64,000 bases of DNA, from the IMG/VR virus record IMGVR_UViG_3300028490_000001, positions 14,677 to 78,676 of that record; one strand, written 5' to 3'. The stretch comes from a virus. Lineage: Duplodnaviria > Heunggongvirae > Uroviricota > Caudoviricetes > Schitoviridae. The notes below the pieces were generated by a model, which was given only the letters and a program-made list of their open reading frames with translations, was not told the origin of the DNA and did not search any database. The position numbers were made by a program, and so were the translations under genes. Positions 20,739-30,362 of the stretch are shown here, piece after piece. Every line of letters starts with the position of its first letter. Within the stretch, counting starts at the first letter, position 1.

Positions 20739-21044
20739 TTAAACTAAATATGCCAAGTCCAATGTATCCATTATTTCTGCAGCATACTTCTTTGCGTCAT
20801 CTATATTTATATCTACAATCTCTCTTTTTGAATTTATCCACTTAAAGCTTGTAGCACCTACATTTATTTTTGTGTTTAGTTTTATACAAAACATAGTCGC
20901 TATGTCTTCATTGAACCAGAACTCACCATCTTGAGTGAGTCTTCCTTCGACAAGCAGAGTGTCTCTACTCATTGCCTCTTCTATATTTAGCATTAATCTA
21001 TCTCCTTTATGTATATTGTTGCAAAGTTTTGATTTGATGCCCAC
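20739..21044 (-). CDS. Hypothetical protein (101 aa)
   Basis: ORF track. Confidence 0.25.
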   Translation of the reverse strand: MGIKSKLCNNIHKGDRLMLNIEEAMSRDTLLVEGRLTQDGEFWFNEDIATMFCIKLNTKINVGATSFKWINSKREIVDINIDDAKKYAAEIMDTLDLAYLV

Positions 21045-21895
21045 GTTTGAAGTGCACCCCTCTTGTTGAGGTTTTTTCTCATGCAGTTTATGTCATGGGA
21101 CTGGTTCACGATTGTTTTACCACTGTGTGTTCTAGCCATCAACTCTACGCGCAATTCATAGTCAGCAGTCAATCCTAGCTCATTCACTATGTCTAAAATT
21201 TTATTAGATACGAATGTAGCTATCGTTGATGCATTTGACACCATTGATGCTCCTCCATACCCTTCGTTCCCTAGGTTGTACCATGTGCCATTGACCTCAA
21301 TGTTTGTATTGATATACAATCCACCCCAGTCTTTACCATCATGTCTAGTAGGTATATTTAGTCCCAGTTCTATTTTCTTCTCATGGTTCATTGTGTATGT
21401 ACCTGTTCTCATAAGAAGCTTTGCCGGTCCGTTATCGAACCTTTGGTTTGCTGTCATTGAATATGAGAGCGTTTTGTTTTTCTTTGGCGGGTCTACCAAC
21501 TCAGAGTAGAGTCCACCATCAGAACCACTCTTCAGTGTGTTCTTTTGGTCTGTTGATATCTTAACTGACAGCGGAGTTGCGGCACCGTCACCAGTAATGC
21601 TTGAGTCTGTATTTGACATAAGCAGCTTGTCTAGTGGTATTGATATGTCTGCACCGTCAGTCATTGAGATTACTATACTCTTTGATGCTTCGTCATACAC
21701 TGCTCCGCTCATAAATGAGTCTGCAAGGAATGATGTTACGTCTACATCTATGGTGCCACCATCATCTAGATTGAATGACATTGTGTTGCCAACTATATCT
21801 ATATTCACAATCGTTTTCTTCTCTGCAAGTTGCTCTGCTGTAACACCACCTGAAGATTTTGTCGAGAGGTCAAGAAGAACTGAGCTTGTTTTCAT
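20993..21895 (-). CDS. Tail-associated structural protein (300 aa)
   Basis: ORF track; beta-rich sequence next to the receptor-binding genes. Confidence 0.3.
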   Translation of the reverse strand: MKTSSVLLDLSTKSSGGVTAEQLAEKKTIVNIDIVGNTMSFNLDDGGTIDVDVTSFLADSFMSGAVYDEASKSIVISMTDGADISIPLDKLLMSNTDSSITGDGAATPLSVKISTDQKNTLKSGSDGGLYSELVDPPKKNKTLSYSMTANQRFDNGPAKLLMRTGTYTMNHEKKIELGLNIPTRHDGKDWGGLYINTNIEVNGTWYNLGNEGYGGASMVSNASTIATFVSNKILDIVNELGLTADYELRVELMARTHSGKTIVNQSHDINCMRKNLNKRGALQTWASNQNFATIYIKEID

Positions 21896-21897
21896 AA

Positions 21898-22143
21898 TTA
21901 TGCTCCAATCTCTACTACTGGAAAAACAAATACTGCCCAGCTATTCTGTAGGAAGTACATCTTTTGGTCAAAAGACACAACATCGCCTGATTTTATATTA
22001 ATCCATTTTTTGTTTTTGTCTCCATGAGTTGAAACAAACAATGGGTCGTCTGTTGTACCCATTGTGTTCTGAACCACTATCTTTTTGTCTGCCGGTGGAG
22101 TGACCTCTTTAGGCACTCCAATCTTTAATTCTAATTCATCCAT
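21898..22143 (-). CDS. Hypothetical small protein (81 aa)
   Basis: ORF track. Confidence 0.25.
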   Translation of the reverse strand: MDELELKIGVPKEVTPPADKKIVVQNTMGTTDDPLFVSTHGDKNKKWINIKSGDVVSFDQKMYFLQNSWAVFVFPVVEIGA

Positions 22144-22257
22144 CTTTTCTCCTTTAAGTTGTTTGATAGTATTTGCTATCTCTAGGCTCCGTTGTTATCG
22201 GAATAGCCTCTTCTATCTCTTCGTGTAATGTCTTTGACATACTTTTCCCTTTCTGCC

Positions 22258-24546
22258 CTATACGTTTAAGGGACAATCTTCTTGGTTCACATAGTTTAGA
22301 CCAGCGGTGTTGTCTTTACCAGTTTTTGAGATTTCATCTTGTTCTGCTTTCGTAGGATTCGATAAATCATCACACCCACTGAACATTTCAGAAACAATAA
22401 TATCTGGACTAGTTGTATCTATCTTCTCTATACAGTAAAGGTGGCTACATCCCATGAATATCTGTTCTACTGACACAACGTTGGTTGTATCTAGTCCAAT
22501 TACACTTATTAGGTTCTTGTAGCTATGGAATGCTCCTTTAAAGCTTGTTACGCTTGGTGAACTTATGATTGCAATATTAGAAATCTTTGATTCATCTTCT
22601 GCTCTAGCATCAGGGAATATATCTATTGTGTGTCCAGGTTGTGTCTGAACTATATATTCATTGTATCCGGTTCCAGTTGTTACATCCAGAAGTTGCCCAT
22701 TAAGTCCGTCTCTGTATTCAGGTTTAGCTGATGATGTGACTATCATTTTAAATGTGTTGTCTACTGGTTTACATCCAAGCATCTCACCCATTGCAGTAGT
22801 AGATATTTTTTTATCTCCTATATATGCTGCTTTAGCTAAGTCTTTTCCTATTCTTATACACATGCTTACTGGTGGAGTCCACGTACAGCAATCTTCACCG
22901 TCTGGAATATCAGTAACCCAAGCTATACCTGGAGTTGCTTCTATTGCTGTTCTTTCTGTAGCGTTAGGTCTACATAGAGCAGGTGTGTTGCTAAACATCC
23001 CAGTTGTATTGGTAGCTGATGTTGTGTTTACACCTTTCATACATTTTAGACCAGAACAATAAATCCAAGTGTTACTAAAATTAGTAGCCTTGCTAGTATC
23101 AAGAGCTGGAAAAGATGTCAACTTACCACAACTGTCCCAAGTCTCTACAAATTCGGTACCTTTACTTGTATCCAATGAAGGGAAAGAAGCTAACTTTCCA
23201 CAATGCCTCCAGGCAGCCTCAAAAAAAGTTCCCTCTGAAGTATCTATTAAAGGAAAAGAAGATAGTCCGCCACAACTAGCCCAGGCATAACTAAAATTAG
23301 TACCTTTACTTGTATCTATTAGAGGAAATGATGTCACTGATGAACAACTGTGCCAAGTACTACTAAAATTAGTTCCTGAACTAGTATCTAACAAAGGAAA
23401 AGAAGTCAATGTTGAACAACTAAACCAAGCCCTATAAAAGTTAGTTCCTTTTGAGGTATCTATTATGGGAAATGATATCAATTTTTCACAATTATACCAA
23501 GCTTCACTAAAATCAGTAACTAAACCAAATGCTGTGGAAGATGCTATAAATTCAGTCAGCTTAATACAACCCTTGAATGTACGATTTAACGAAGTCAGCT
23601 CTTCGGTTATAATTTCTATCTTGGTAATCTTATCGTCATTATTGGAAATCATAAAGGTAGAAATTGCATCCATTGAAGTAAGCTGATAGGTTCCGTCACT
23701 ATTATCGGTAACGGTTATAGAACCGCCGGTTACGCCAGCTAAGCCAGGTAATGCTGATGAGGTTACTTTTATATCTAGTTTTAATTGAGTACAACAATCC
23801 ATACCACTTCTAACGTCTGATACCCAATCTATACCAGGGGTAGCCTCTATTTGAGCACGCTCCGTAGCATTTGGTCTACAAATAGTTGTGTTCTCAAACA
23901 TTGATGTAGTATCTGTTGCAGATGTCGTATTTACAGCACCAAGACAATCTAGTGATGAACAGTCCCTCCATGTATGTCTAAAGCTTGTACCACTCTGTGT
24001 GCTTATCACAGGGAAGTGCTTTAGTTGCGTACAGTTGTTCCATGTCGCATTAAAGCTTGTTCCATTAGAGAAGTCGAGACCTGGGAATGAGGTTAGTGCA
24101 TAACACTCTAGCCATGTACCATTAAAGTTCGTTCCTGCAGTCGTTGTAAGCGATGGAAAAGATTTAAGCTTGTTACATCCACCCCACGCATAGCTGAAGT
24201 CGGTTCCGCTTGATGTATCAATCTGCGGAAACGAAACTATCTTAGATGAGTATCCCCATGCATATGAAAAATTCACAACATTAGCAAATGCGGTAGATGG
24301 TGCAATGAATTCTGTCATGTTTATGAAGCTCTTGAAGGTGTCCTCAAGTGATGTAAGTGCCTCATCTATTACTTCTACTTTTGTTATCGCATCTTTTTTA
24401 CTTGTTGCTATAGTAAAGTGTGTAATCCCTTCTGTAGATGTGAGTTGATAAGTACCATCCTGGTTATTGTTTATTGTTATTTCACCACCACTGACTGACG
24501 CTATCTGAGGCCAGTCACTGGAGGTTATTTTTAGTTCAAAAGACAT
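22258..24546 (-). CDS. Receptor-binding / tail fibre protein with tandemly duplicated BspA-type leucine-rich-repeat modules (762 aa)
   Basis: About 22-aa repeats 'IDTS.GTNFS.AW..C..L.SFP' occur at least 12 times. Two roughly 260-aa modules (aa 1-260 and 265-545) are clearly paralogous, and each ends 'CRPNATER..IEATPGI.WV.D...G.DCC'. Confidence 0.55.
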   Translation of the reverse strand: MSFELKITSSDWPQIASVSGGEITINNNQDGTYQLTSTEGITHFTIATSKKDAITKVEVIDEALTSLEDTFKSFINMTEFIAPSTAFANVVNFSYAWGYSSKIVSFPQIDTSSGTDFSYAWGGCNKLKSFPSLTTTAGTNFNGTWLECYALTSFPGLDFSNGTSFNATWNNCTQLKHFPVISTQSGTSFRHTWRDCSSLDCLGAVNTTSATDTTSMFENTTICRPNATERAQIEATPGIDWVSDVRSGMDCCTQLKLDIKVTSSALPGLAGVTGGSITVTDNSDGTYQLTSMDAISTFMISNNDDKITKIEIITEELTSLNRTFKGCIKLTEFIASSTAFGLVTDFSEAWYNCEKLISFPIIDTSKGTNFYRAWFSCSTLTSFPLLDTSSGTNFSSTWHSCSSVTSFPLIDTSKGTNFSYAWASCGGLSSFPLIDTSEGTFFEAAWRHCGKLASFPSLDTSKGTEFVETWDSCGKLTSFPALDTSKATNFSNTWIYCSGLKCMKGVNTTSATNTTGMFSNTPALCRPNATERTAIEATPGIAWVTDIPDGEDCCTWTPPVSMCIRIGKDLAKAAYIGDKKISTTAMGEMLGCKPVDNTFKMIVTSSAKPEYRDGLNGQLLDVTTGTGYNEYIVQTQPGHTIDIFPDARAEDESKISNIAIISSPSVTSFKGAFHSYKNLISVIGLDTTNVVSVEQIFMGCSHLYCIEKIDTTSPDIIVSEMFSGCDDLSNPTKAEQDEISKTGKDNTAGLNYVNQEDCPLNV

Positions 24547-24556
24547 TGCTTTCTCC

Positions 24557-25390
24557 TTATTCTACAATTACATACATTTTATCAGCTTGGTAGTTACCAG
24601 CACCGATAGCGTCATAGTTAGCTTGTGTTATTTTAACTATTTCAGCTATCTTAATTTCATTTCCTGCAGACTTTGATAATACTGCATTGTCCGTAACTTC
24701 TTGCAGTCCAGCTATTTCTGGTATCTTAACGTTATGAGGATTGCCTACAACAACTAAAGAGTGGTCATATGCAGCTTTTCCTCTATCGCCTCTATATGCT
24801 GTAGAAATAGTTTCTCCTAGCACCAAACTAGCTGAAATCTCAACATATGTAGAACCACTCCATCTGAATGTCTTGTTATCATCTAAAGACACGTATATTT
24901 TTCCTCTTTCACCAGTTGCTGGGAACAGTGCAGCTGTATCAAATTCAAGAACGTCATCAACATACGATGGTAGCTGTATTGTAGGTATCTTTCCTTGTAG
25001 GTCTAGTGTTGCTACACCATCCGGTGCTCCCTTTTCTCCAAGAGGTATATACTTATTTAAGTGGTTGTACTGTGACAAATCTATAAGTTTATTCACGTTG
25101 TTTTCATCTTTGTAAATTAAGATGTCACCTGCGAAGTCTAGAGAAGTTATTGTCTCAACTGCAAGACTAGATAGGTCTACTGATATTGAAGAATTATCTT
25201 CTTTTGTCATTATTAAGTCTGTACCAGACAGAGATGCTGATACTATGTGTTTATCATTCACTACGAATGAGTCAACAGAACCATCTTGATGTGTTATTGA
25301 TATAGTATTTGTTGCTGCGTTATATTCAACTTTTACTACACTTTCCGAATTTGAGTTTGCTACTACTACTACTTGATTGCTTTGTGGCAT
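24557..25390 (-). CDS. Tail protein (277 aa)
   Basis: ORF track; beta-rich; flanked by fibre genes. Confidence 0.3.
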   Translation of the reverse strand: MPQSNQVVVVANSNSESVVKVEYNAATNTISITHQDGSVDSFVVNDKHIVSASLSGTDLIMTKEDNSSISVDLSSLAVETITSLDFAGDILIYKDENNVNKLIDLSQYNHLNKYIPLGEKGAPDGVATLDLQGKIPTIQLPSYVDDVLEFDTAALFPATGERGKIYVSLDDNKTFRWSGSTYVEISASLVLGETISTAYRGDRGKAAYDHSLVVVGNPHNVKIPEIAGLQEVTDNAVLSKSAGNEIKIAEIVKITQANYDAIGAGNYQADKMYVIVE

Positions 25391-25400
25391 GTCTTTTTCC

Positions 25401-25757
25401 TTATCCTAATACTATAACTGCTATTTTGCAGTTTTGTTTATGAGTTCTATTTAGTAAATAAATATCTCCCGTCACCTCTAAAAAAGAACCTGGAATCAAT
25501 AGACCCCATAGTCCGTCCTTATCACCATGAAAAGAAAACTCAATAGAGTCATCTTCATTTTCCGACACATTCTGAAATAGTGCCTTCCCTTTGTTTGACA
25601 CAGAATAAATAATACCTTGTGTCATGACAAATCCTTGGTCTATGCTAGACGCAGGGTCTTCTGACAATACAGGTGGAGAAGTCCACTGTTTTGACCTATT
25701 CACGTCTAACTCCGAATTTCCTGAACCTAGGTCCACACTAGAATCTCTAGCCATCAT
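25401..25757 (-). CDS. Hypothetical protein (118 aa)
   Basis: ORF track. Confidence 0.25.
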   Translation of the reverse strand: MMARDSSVDLGSGNSELDVNRSKQWTSPPVLSEDPASSIDQGFVMTQGIIYSVSNKGKALFQNVSENEDDSIEFSFHGDKDGLWGLLIPGSFLEVTGDIYLLNRTHKQNCKIAVIVLG

Positions 25758-26793
25758 CTCTCCTTTTAATATTGTTCAATATATGGGTTGTGATTTCATC
25801 AATATTTATTCCATTGACTATATCTATCCCATTCTCTTCATCACTATAACCTCCGTTGCTAACCCCAAAGGGTTGACCATCTGTCCAGTCATCGAGTGCG
25901 TTGCTCTTGCGAAAGTATATCATAGTTGGTATTTCATCTAGTGATAAGAATGAAATACCAACAGGATATCCGCTATACATATTTCTATCTAGCAGTCTAC
26001 CAAAGTATGACGGTGAGAAGCTAGAGCCATTTCTTCCGGGCTCTCCCTTGTCGCCCTTATATTTGCCTCTTGGTCCAGTCTTGCCACTAGGTATCCCAAG
26101 AACCAACCTATTCGTATCCTGGTCGTAGCTTGAGTATGGAGAGTCGTGTTCTGTAAGGTGCTCAACTGATATCTCCATCGTTCTCGACTTAACAACTAGA
26201 CCTTCTATCTTCTTGAGCTTTTCATCTATTCTTGATTCTGCTTTTGCAATCAATTCATTAGATTTTCTTGCTTCAGTAGCATATGTCTTCGCTTCTGCAT
26301 GCAGCTTCGATACCTTGTATGCTGCCTCTATAGACTTTGGAGAAAGATTAATTACTGCATCCATCTTCTCCTCTATATCAAGCACGGAATCAATCTTTGT
26401 TGTCAGGGCAAGCACTTCTTCAATCATTGGCTTTATCGCTATGACTGCACCAATGTGGTTCTTATATTCTGCAAGATTTGATATGTCATCAATATTGTCT
26501 GAGGCAATAATTATTGAATCTTTGATTTCAAATAATGAATCAATCTGGTTTCGCATGCTTGCTACGCTTGATATGTCTGGCATGCTAGCAAGGGCTAGTT
26601 TTATGTCTTGATATTTAGAGAGTAGCTTGTCTGCTGTAGACTGTGCTACCCTTATCTCATCCATATTGAGAGAATCAACCTTATTGCTGGCTTCTTCTAT
26701 TTTTCCAATAACACCACTGTCGACAACATTTATTACTCTAAGCAAACCATCTAGATTCTCTATTAGCTTGCCTAACGATTTACCGTAATCCAT
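25747..26793 (-). CDS. Tail fibre with a coiled-coil region and collagen-like G-x-y triplets (GPRGKYKGDKGEPGRNGSS)
   Basis: Likely start at ATG 26793..26791, overlapping the upstream stop (TAATG). Collagen-like triplets at the C-terminal end. Confidence 0.45.
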   Translation of the reverse strand: MDYGKSLGKLIENLDGLLRVINVVDSGVIGKIEEASNKVDSLNMDEIRVAQSTADKLLSKYQDIKLALASMPDISSVASMRNQIDSLFEIKDSIIIASDNIDDISNLAEYKNHIGAVIAIKPMIEEVLALTTKIDSVLDIEEKMDAVINLSPKSIEAAYKVSKLHAEAKTYATEARKSNELIAKAESRIDEKLKKIEGLVVKSRTMEISVEHLTEHDSPYSSYDQDTNRLVLGIPSGKTGPRGKYKGDKGEPGRNGSSFSPSYFGRLLDRNMYSGYPVGISFLSLDEIPTMIYFRKSNALDDWTDGQPFGVSNGGYSDEENGIDIVNGINIDEITTHILNNIKRRDDG

Positions 26794-28055
26794 TATGTAA
26801 CTGCTCCCTGAGTATTGCCAGCTCCATCTGCAGCCAGGTTTAGCCAATGCACTTTTCCTGTTACAGCTTTTCCTGCAGGTCCACCTGGAGGTCCACCTCT
26901 TACTCCCCATGTACCACCGTCTGTCCCGTCTGTTCCTCTTGAGCCTCTGTTTCCTCCAGGCAGTGATGGTGCACCACCCATTCCACCAGCTCCACCATCT
27001 CTTCTTGTTGTTTTGAATGATTGTCCTACACCTGCAGTACCAGCAGCACCGCCAGCACCACCTATGGAGATAGTTACTTCAGTCTTTTGTCTCTTGACAC
27101 CCCATCTGTGTCCCTTACTTGCACCTATTGGGTCAACACAATTATATCTCTCTTTTGTTGATGGGTCCCAGAATGCATATCTCCATCCTGGAGGCAATGA
27201 TGATATGTCTGCATCTGTGTACCACACATCGAAATCTGGCCAATCATTCTTTACAGAACTTGTCCATCCATGAGGTCCTCCCCATGCCATGTAGTATTTC
27301 ATAATGTTTGTTCCATTACTTGCTACTTCATGTCCCCATCCAGCGGCATACTTTGGATAACATGCAGAACCTGAAGGTTTATGGTATTGTATTTTGTTCT
27401 TGTAAATCTCTTTATTTGCTCCCTTTCTACCTTTCTTCCCTCTTACACCATTTCCTCCTGCTCCCCTTATGTATCCATTATTGAACAGAGTAAGGTCGCT
27501 TTGGAAATTTATTCCATTCTCACTAGGGTTTGTACCAGTAAACTCACCTTGGTTCAGTAGTGACACCTCACCAAAAATAGATAAATCACCAGTGTTCATT
27601 GTTGGCTGTACTTTTCTATTTAGAATTACTAGCTTTACTCCACTTCCACTTACTCCAAGCTCGTTCAGTTTAGCGTCAATAAATGCACGCAGCGAGAATG
27701 TGTTTGTGTATTGAGGTAGCTCTAGTTTTATTGTGGCATAGAACACAAGAACCCCATTCATGAACATCGCCCTGACATTGCTATGGTTATGTACAATAAC
27801 ACTCATCTGACCGTGGTTCATTATTGTCTTTACGTTTGGAGGTATTGGTGATGGTAGTGTTCTAGCCAGTGGTGTTGAACCATTGTTTGTTAAGAACAGA
27901 AAGTCGCCAACCCGTAAGGTACGAATGACTTGTCTGCTTCTGACAGTATCACAACAGTCATCTATTCTGACGCCCTGTCTTATCAATTCATTAACCTTGT
28001 CCATTATTCTATTGATGGACATAAGGTTTTCGTCACACATTATATTTTGAATCAT
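26793..28055 (-). CDS. Tail fibre with a long collagen-like Gly-rich region (420 aa)
   Basis: 'GGAGGAAGTAGVGQ...GGAGGMGGAPSLPGGNRGSRGTDGTDGGTWGVRGGPPGGPAGK'. The N-terminal approx. 60 aa is paralogous to the neighbouring 91-aa ORF. Confidence 0.45.
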   Translation of the reverse strand: MIQNIMCDENLMSINRIMDKVNELIRQGVRIDDCCDTVRSRQVIRTLRVGDFLFLTNNGSTPLARTLPSPIPPNVKTIMNHGQMSVIVHNHSNVRAMFMNGVLVFYATIKLELPQYTNTFSLRAFIDAKLNELGVSGSGVKLVILNRKVQPTMNTGDLSIFGEVSLLNQGEFTGTNPSENGINFQSDLTLFNNGYIRGAGGNGVRGKKGRKGANKEIYKNKIQYHKPSGSACYPKYAAGWGHEVASNGTNIMKYYMAWGGPHGWTSSVKNDWPDFDVWYTDADISSLPPGWRYAFWDPSTKERYNCVDPIGASKGHRWGVKRQKTEVTISIGGAGGAAGTAGVGQSFKTTRRDGGAGGMGGAPSLPGGNRGSRGTDGTDGGTWGVRGGPPGGPAGKAVTGKVHWLNLAADGAGNTQGAVT

Positions 28056-28064
28056 TTTACAGCC

Positions 28065-28340
28065 TTATGTTTTTGGTGGGGTGCCATCGTCTGTGATATA
28101 TAGAGTATGCCCCTCTCTTAATGTTCTAATATTCTGTCTTCCTCTAATCATATCACAACAGTCCTCAAGGAAATTTCCTTTGTTTATGAGTCTGTTTATT
28201 GTGTTTAATATTAGGCTGACCTCTATTTCTCCATTTGGATTACACATTAATTCTGGAATGTCTGTATGCATAGGACCCTCTGGTCCTTCTGGTATAACTT
28301 CCACCTCGCCAGATTCTTCTCTATTTCCTGAATATGCCAT
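28065..28340 (-). CDS. Small protein (91 aa) paralogous to the N-terminal module of the 26793..28055 fibre
   Basis: 'NRLINKGNFLEDCCDMIRGRQNIRTLREGHTLYITDDGTPPKT' versus 'NELIRQGVRIDDCCDTVRSRQVIRTLRVGDFLFLTNNGSTPLART'. Confidence 0.4.
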   Translation of the reverse strand: MAYSGNREESGEVEVIPEGPEGPMHTDIPELMCNPNGEIEVSLILNTINRLINKGNFLEDCCDMIRGRQNIRTLREGHTLYITDDGTPPKT

Positions 28341-28341
28341 A

Positions 28342-29250
28342 TTATCCTACCTTTATTATTTCTAGAGTTAGGAATACAGACTCTTCGTTAAAAGGAGAGG
28401 CTTTTCCAAGTGTGTCTGTTCCTGTAGCCGCCTCCACTATCGTCTCTACACTTATATTGGTAGATGCTGCAATAGTGAATACGCCTTGAGCTTCTGATGA
28501 GCCAGATGTAGAGCATGTAGTACCAAGTAGCATACCACCACCAAAGTTTAGTCTTGATTGATGCACGCCTTCTGCCATGGCTATCATGTGTACACTATAT
28601 GTTCCTGCAGCTATAGTAACTGACGTTGGACCAACCGTGGCACCCATGGTATTTACAATTGCTACACCAAGAGGTCTAGCTGTCCAGGTCATGTCGACTG
28701 CTGAACCTCCTCCTGTACCACCAGCTACTTTGTGTTCCATCAGTAATGATGCAGTTGATGTTCCAAGTGCTGCTTCCACAGCATCAAGTCTACCCTTAAT
28801 GGTTACTATCTCAGCATCAATTGACATGTCTTTCCCCTGAAGGGCCATCACCATATTGTCTGTAGCCTCAACGTCAATTATAACTGCTTCAACTTTTGTC
28901 TCTGCAGCCATAACTCTTGCATTGAGTGAATTCACATTCATCGTATTTGTTGATATGTTTCCTTCATTTGCTGCAGTTGCCATCTCAGTAGCATTCATTT
29001 CGTTCTCTAGTCCGGACACTCTAGCCTCAAGTGCAGGAATGTCTCCTGGATTGATTGGTGTCTGCGACTCAAGTGCAGCAATCTTGCTCGTATTTACTGC
29101 AGTTTTCTGAATAGTATCCATAACGCGTATATGCGTTTGTGCATCTACAACCTTTAGTGCCTCAATATCATCAATATTGAAGTTTATGCCTTTCATTATT
29201 TTCATAACAGCTATTTGCTGTGACGCATCACATGCTAATTTATCTCTCAT
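28342..29250 (-). CDS. Tail fibre / receptor-binding protein (302 aa; N-terminal coiled coil and C-terminal Gly/Thr-rich beta domain)
   Basis: ORF track; sequence composition. Confidence 0.4.
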   Translation of the reverse strand: MRDKLACDASQQIAVMKIMKGINFNIDDIEALKVVDAQTHIRVMDTIQKTAVNTSKIAALESQTPINPGDIPALEARVSGLENEMNATEMATAANEGNISTNTMNVNSLNARVMAAETKVEAVIIDVEATDNMVMALQGKDMSIDAEIVTIKGRLDAVEAALGTSTASLLMEHKVAGGTGGGSAVDMTWTARPLGVAIVNTMGATVGPTSVTIAAGTYSVHMIAMAEGVHQSRLNFGGGMLLGTTCSTSGSSEAQGVFTIAASTNISVETIVEAATGTDTLGKASPFNEESVFLTLEIIKVG

Positions 29251-29287
29251 TTTACTTCCTTTTTTATATTATACATACTGGTTTGCT

Positions 29288-29698
29288 CTACGGCATTATC
29301 GGTTTTGTCATATCCGTACATAAGGTAGGACCTTCACATAGGACTATCTCATTACAACATATTGTTTCCATACAGTTCAGCTTCCAGCTTCTGGATTCAC
29401 ATGGTCTATTACCAAGGAATGCCTCAACTATCGCTCTGTCCTTCATAGTTAGTAAACATGGACATGCTATATTCAGAGTTATTAGTTCTAGCTCTAGCCA
29501 CAACTCTCTACTTATATTGCTCCTGTTTAGCTTACCCGCAACAAATAGATTCATGAGTGTAAGATAATCTTGGTTCGCCTCACATCTAAAGTTGTCCGGT
29601 TGATATATATTGAACTGAGGGACTCTACCCCAATATCTGTCTATAAACTTCTTCTCTTCATTCTGGTCTAATCCCCAACTAGGTGTAAAAGTTGCCAT
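29288..29698 (-). CDS. Cys-rich hypothetical protein (136 aa)
   Basis: ORF track; multiple Cys in the C-terminal half. Confidence 0.25.
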   Translation of the reverse strand: MATFTPSWGLDQNEEKKFIDRYWGRVPQFNIYQPDNFRCEANQDYLTLMNLFVAGKLNRSNISRELWLELELITLNIACPCLLTMKDRAIVEAFLGNRPCESRSWKLNCMETICCNEIVLCEGPTLCTDMTKPIMP

Positions 29699-30325
29699 CT
29701 ATGCATACCCCCTTTCAGTTAATTTTGTATTTGTAAGCATAGAGTATTGCACTAGTCCTTTTTTGTAGACCTCTTTACATGATGCAATGTATGCTCTCCA
29801 ATGAGAACCTATCTCTGTCTGCTCATCTCCGTTCATTGACTTATATGCCCTATAGGCTATATAGTTCATTAGCGAATCTAAAAACTGTGGTGGAAAAATC
29901 AAGTCTACCTTGTCGATATTCTCTTTAGTTAAATACGGTGGGGTAACTACCTGTATAATTGAATAAACTCTACCTTTTATAGGATTTGGTATATGCAATA
30001 GATATGGCTGTGGTGTAAATATTGATTCATCGCAGTTTGTATCATTCATTGGAATTTCTGTCATTCCATCTCGCCCATTTAGCGGGTTCCGGGATATATC
30101 TCTATAATATGCTTGTAGAACTTTTTGTGAGTTCTCCTGTAGACGGTATCTTGTTCTACCCTCTTCAATCGTTATAGTTTGCTCTTCCTGTAAGATACTA
30201 AATTTCGCGTAAATTTCAATGAGTCCAAGATTCATCAGTGATATAATCTGTTCCTCATTCTCTCCTACGACTATTTGCTTCAATTCTGTATTCTTCAGGA
30301 TATCATAAACTTCTCTTAGTCTCAT
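29699..30325 (-). CDS. Hypothetical protein (208 aa) downstream of the terminase
   Basis: ORF track. Confidence 0.3.
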   Translation of the reverse strand: MRLREVYDILKNTELKQIVVGENEEQIISLMNLGLIEIYAKFSILQEEQTITIEEGRTRYRLQENSQKVLQAYYRDISRNPLNGRDGMTEIPMNDTNCDESIFTPQPYLLHIPNPIKGRVYSIIQVVTPPYLTKENIDKVDLIFPPQFLDSLMNYIAYRAYKSMNGDEQTEIGSHWRAYIASCKEVYKKGLVQYSMLTNTKLTERGYA

Positions 30326-30362
30326 AACATTCCTTTTTATTTTTTAGCTACTGCATTGTATC

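Noticed and set aside
23069-23290. Apparent peptide repeats in the plus-strand ORFs 23069-23290 and 23888-24103
   Set aside because: They are the antisense reflection of the LRR repeats of the 22258-24546 receptor-binding gene, not independent repeat proteins or CRISPR-like arrays.
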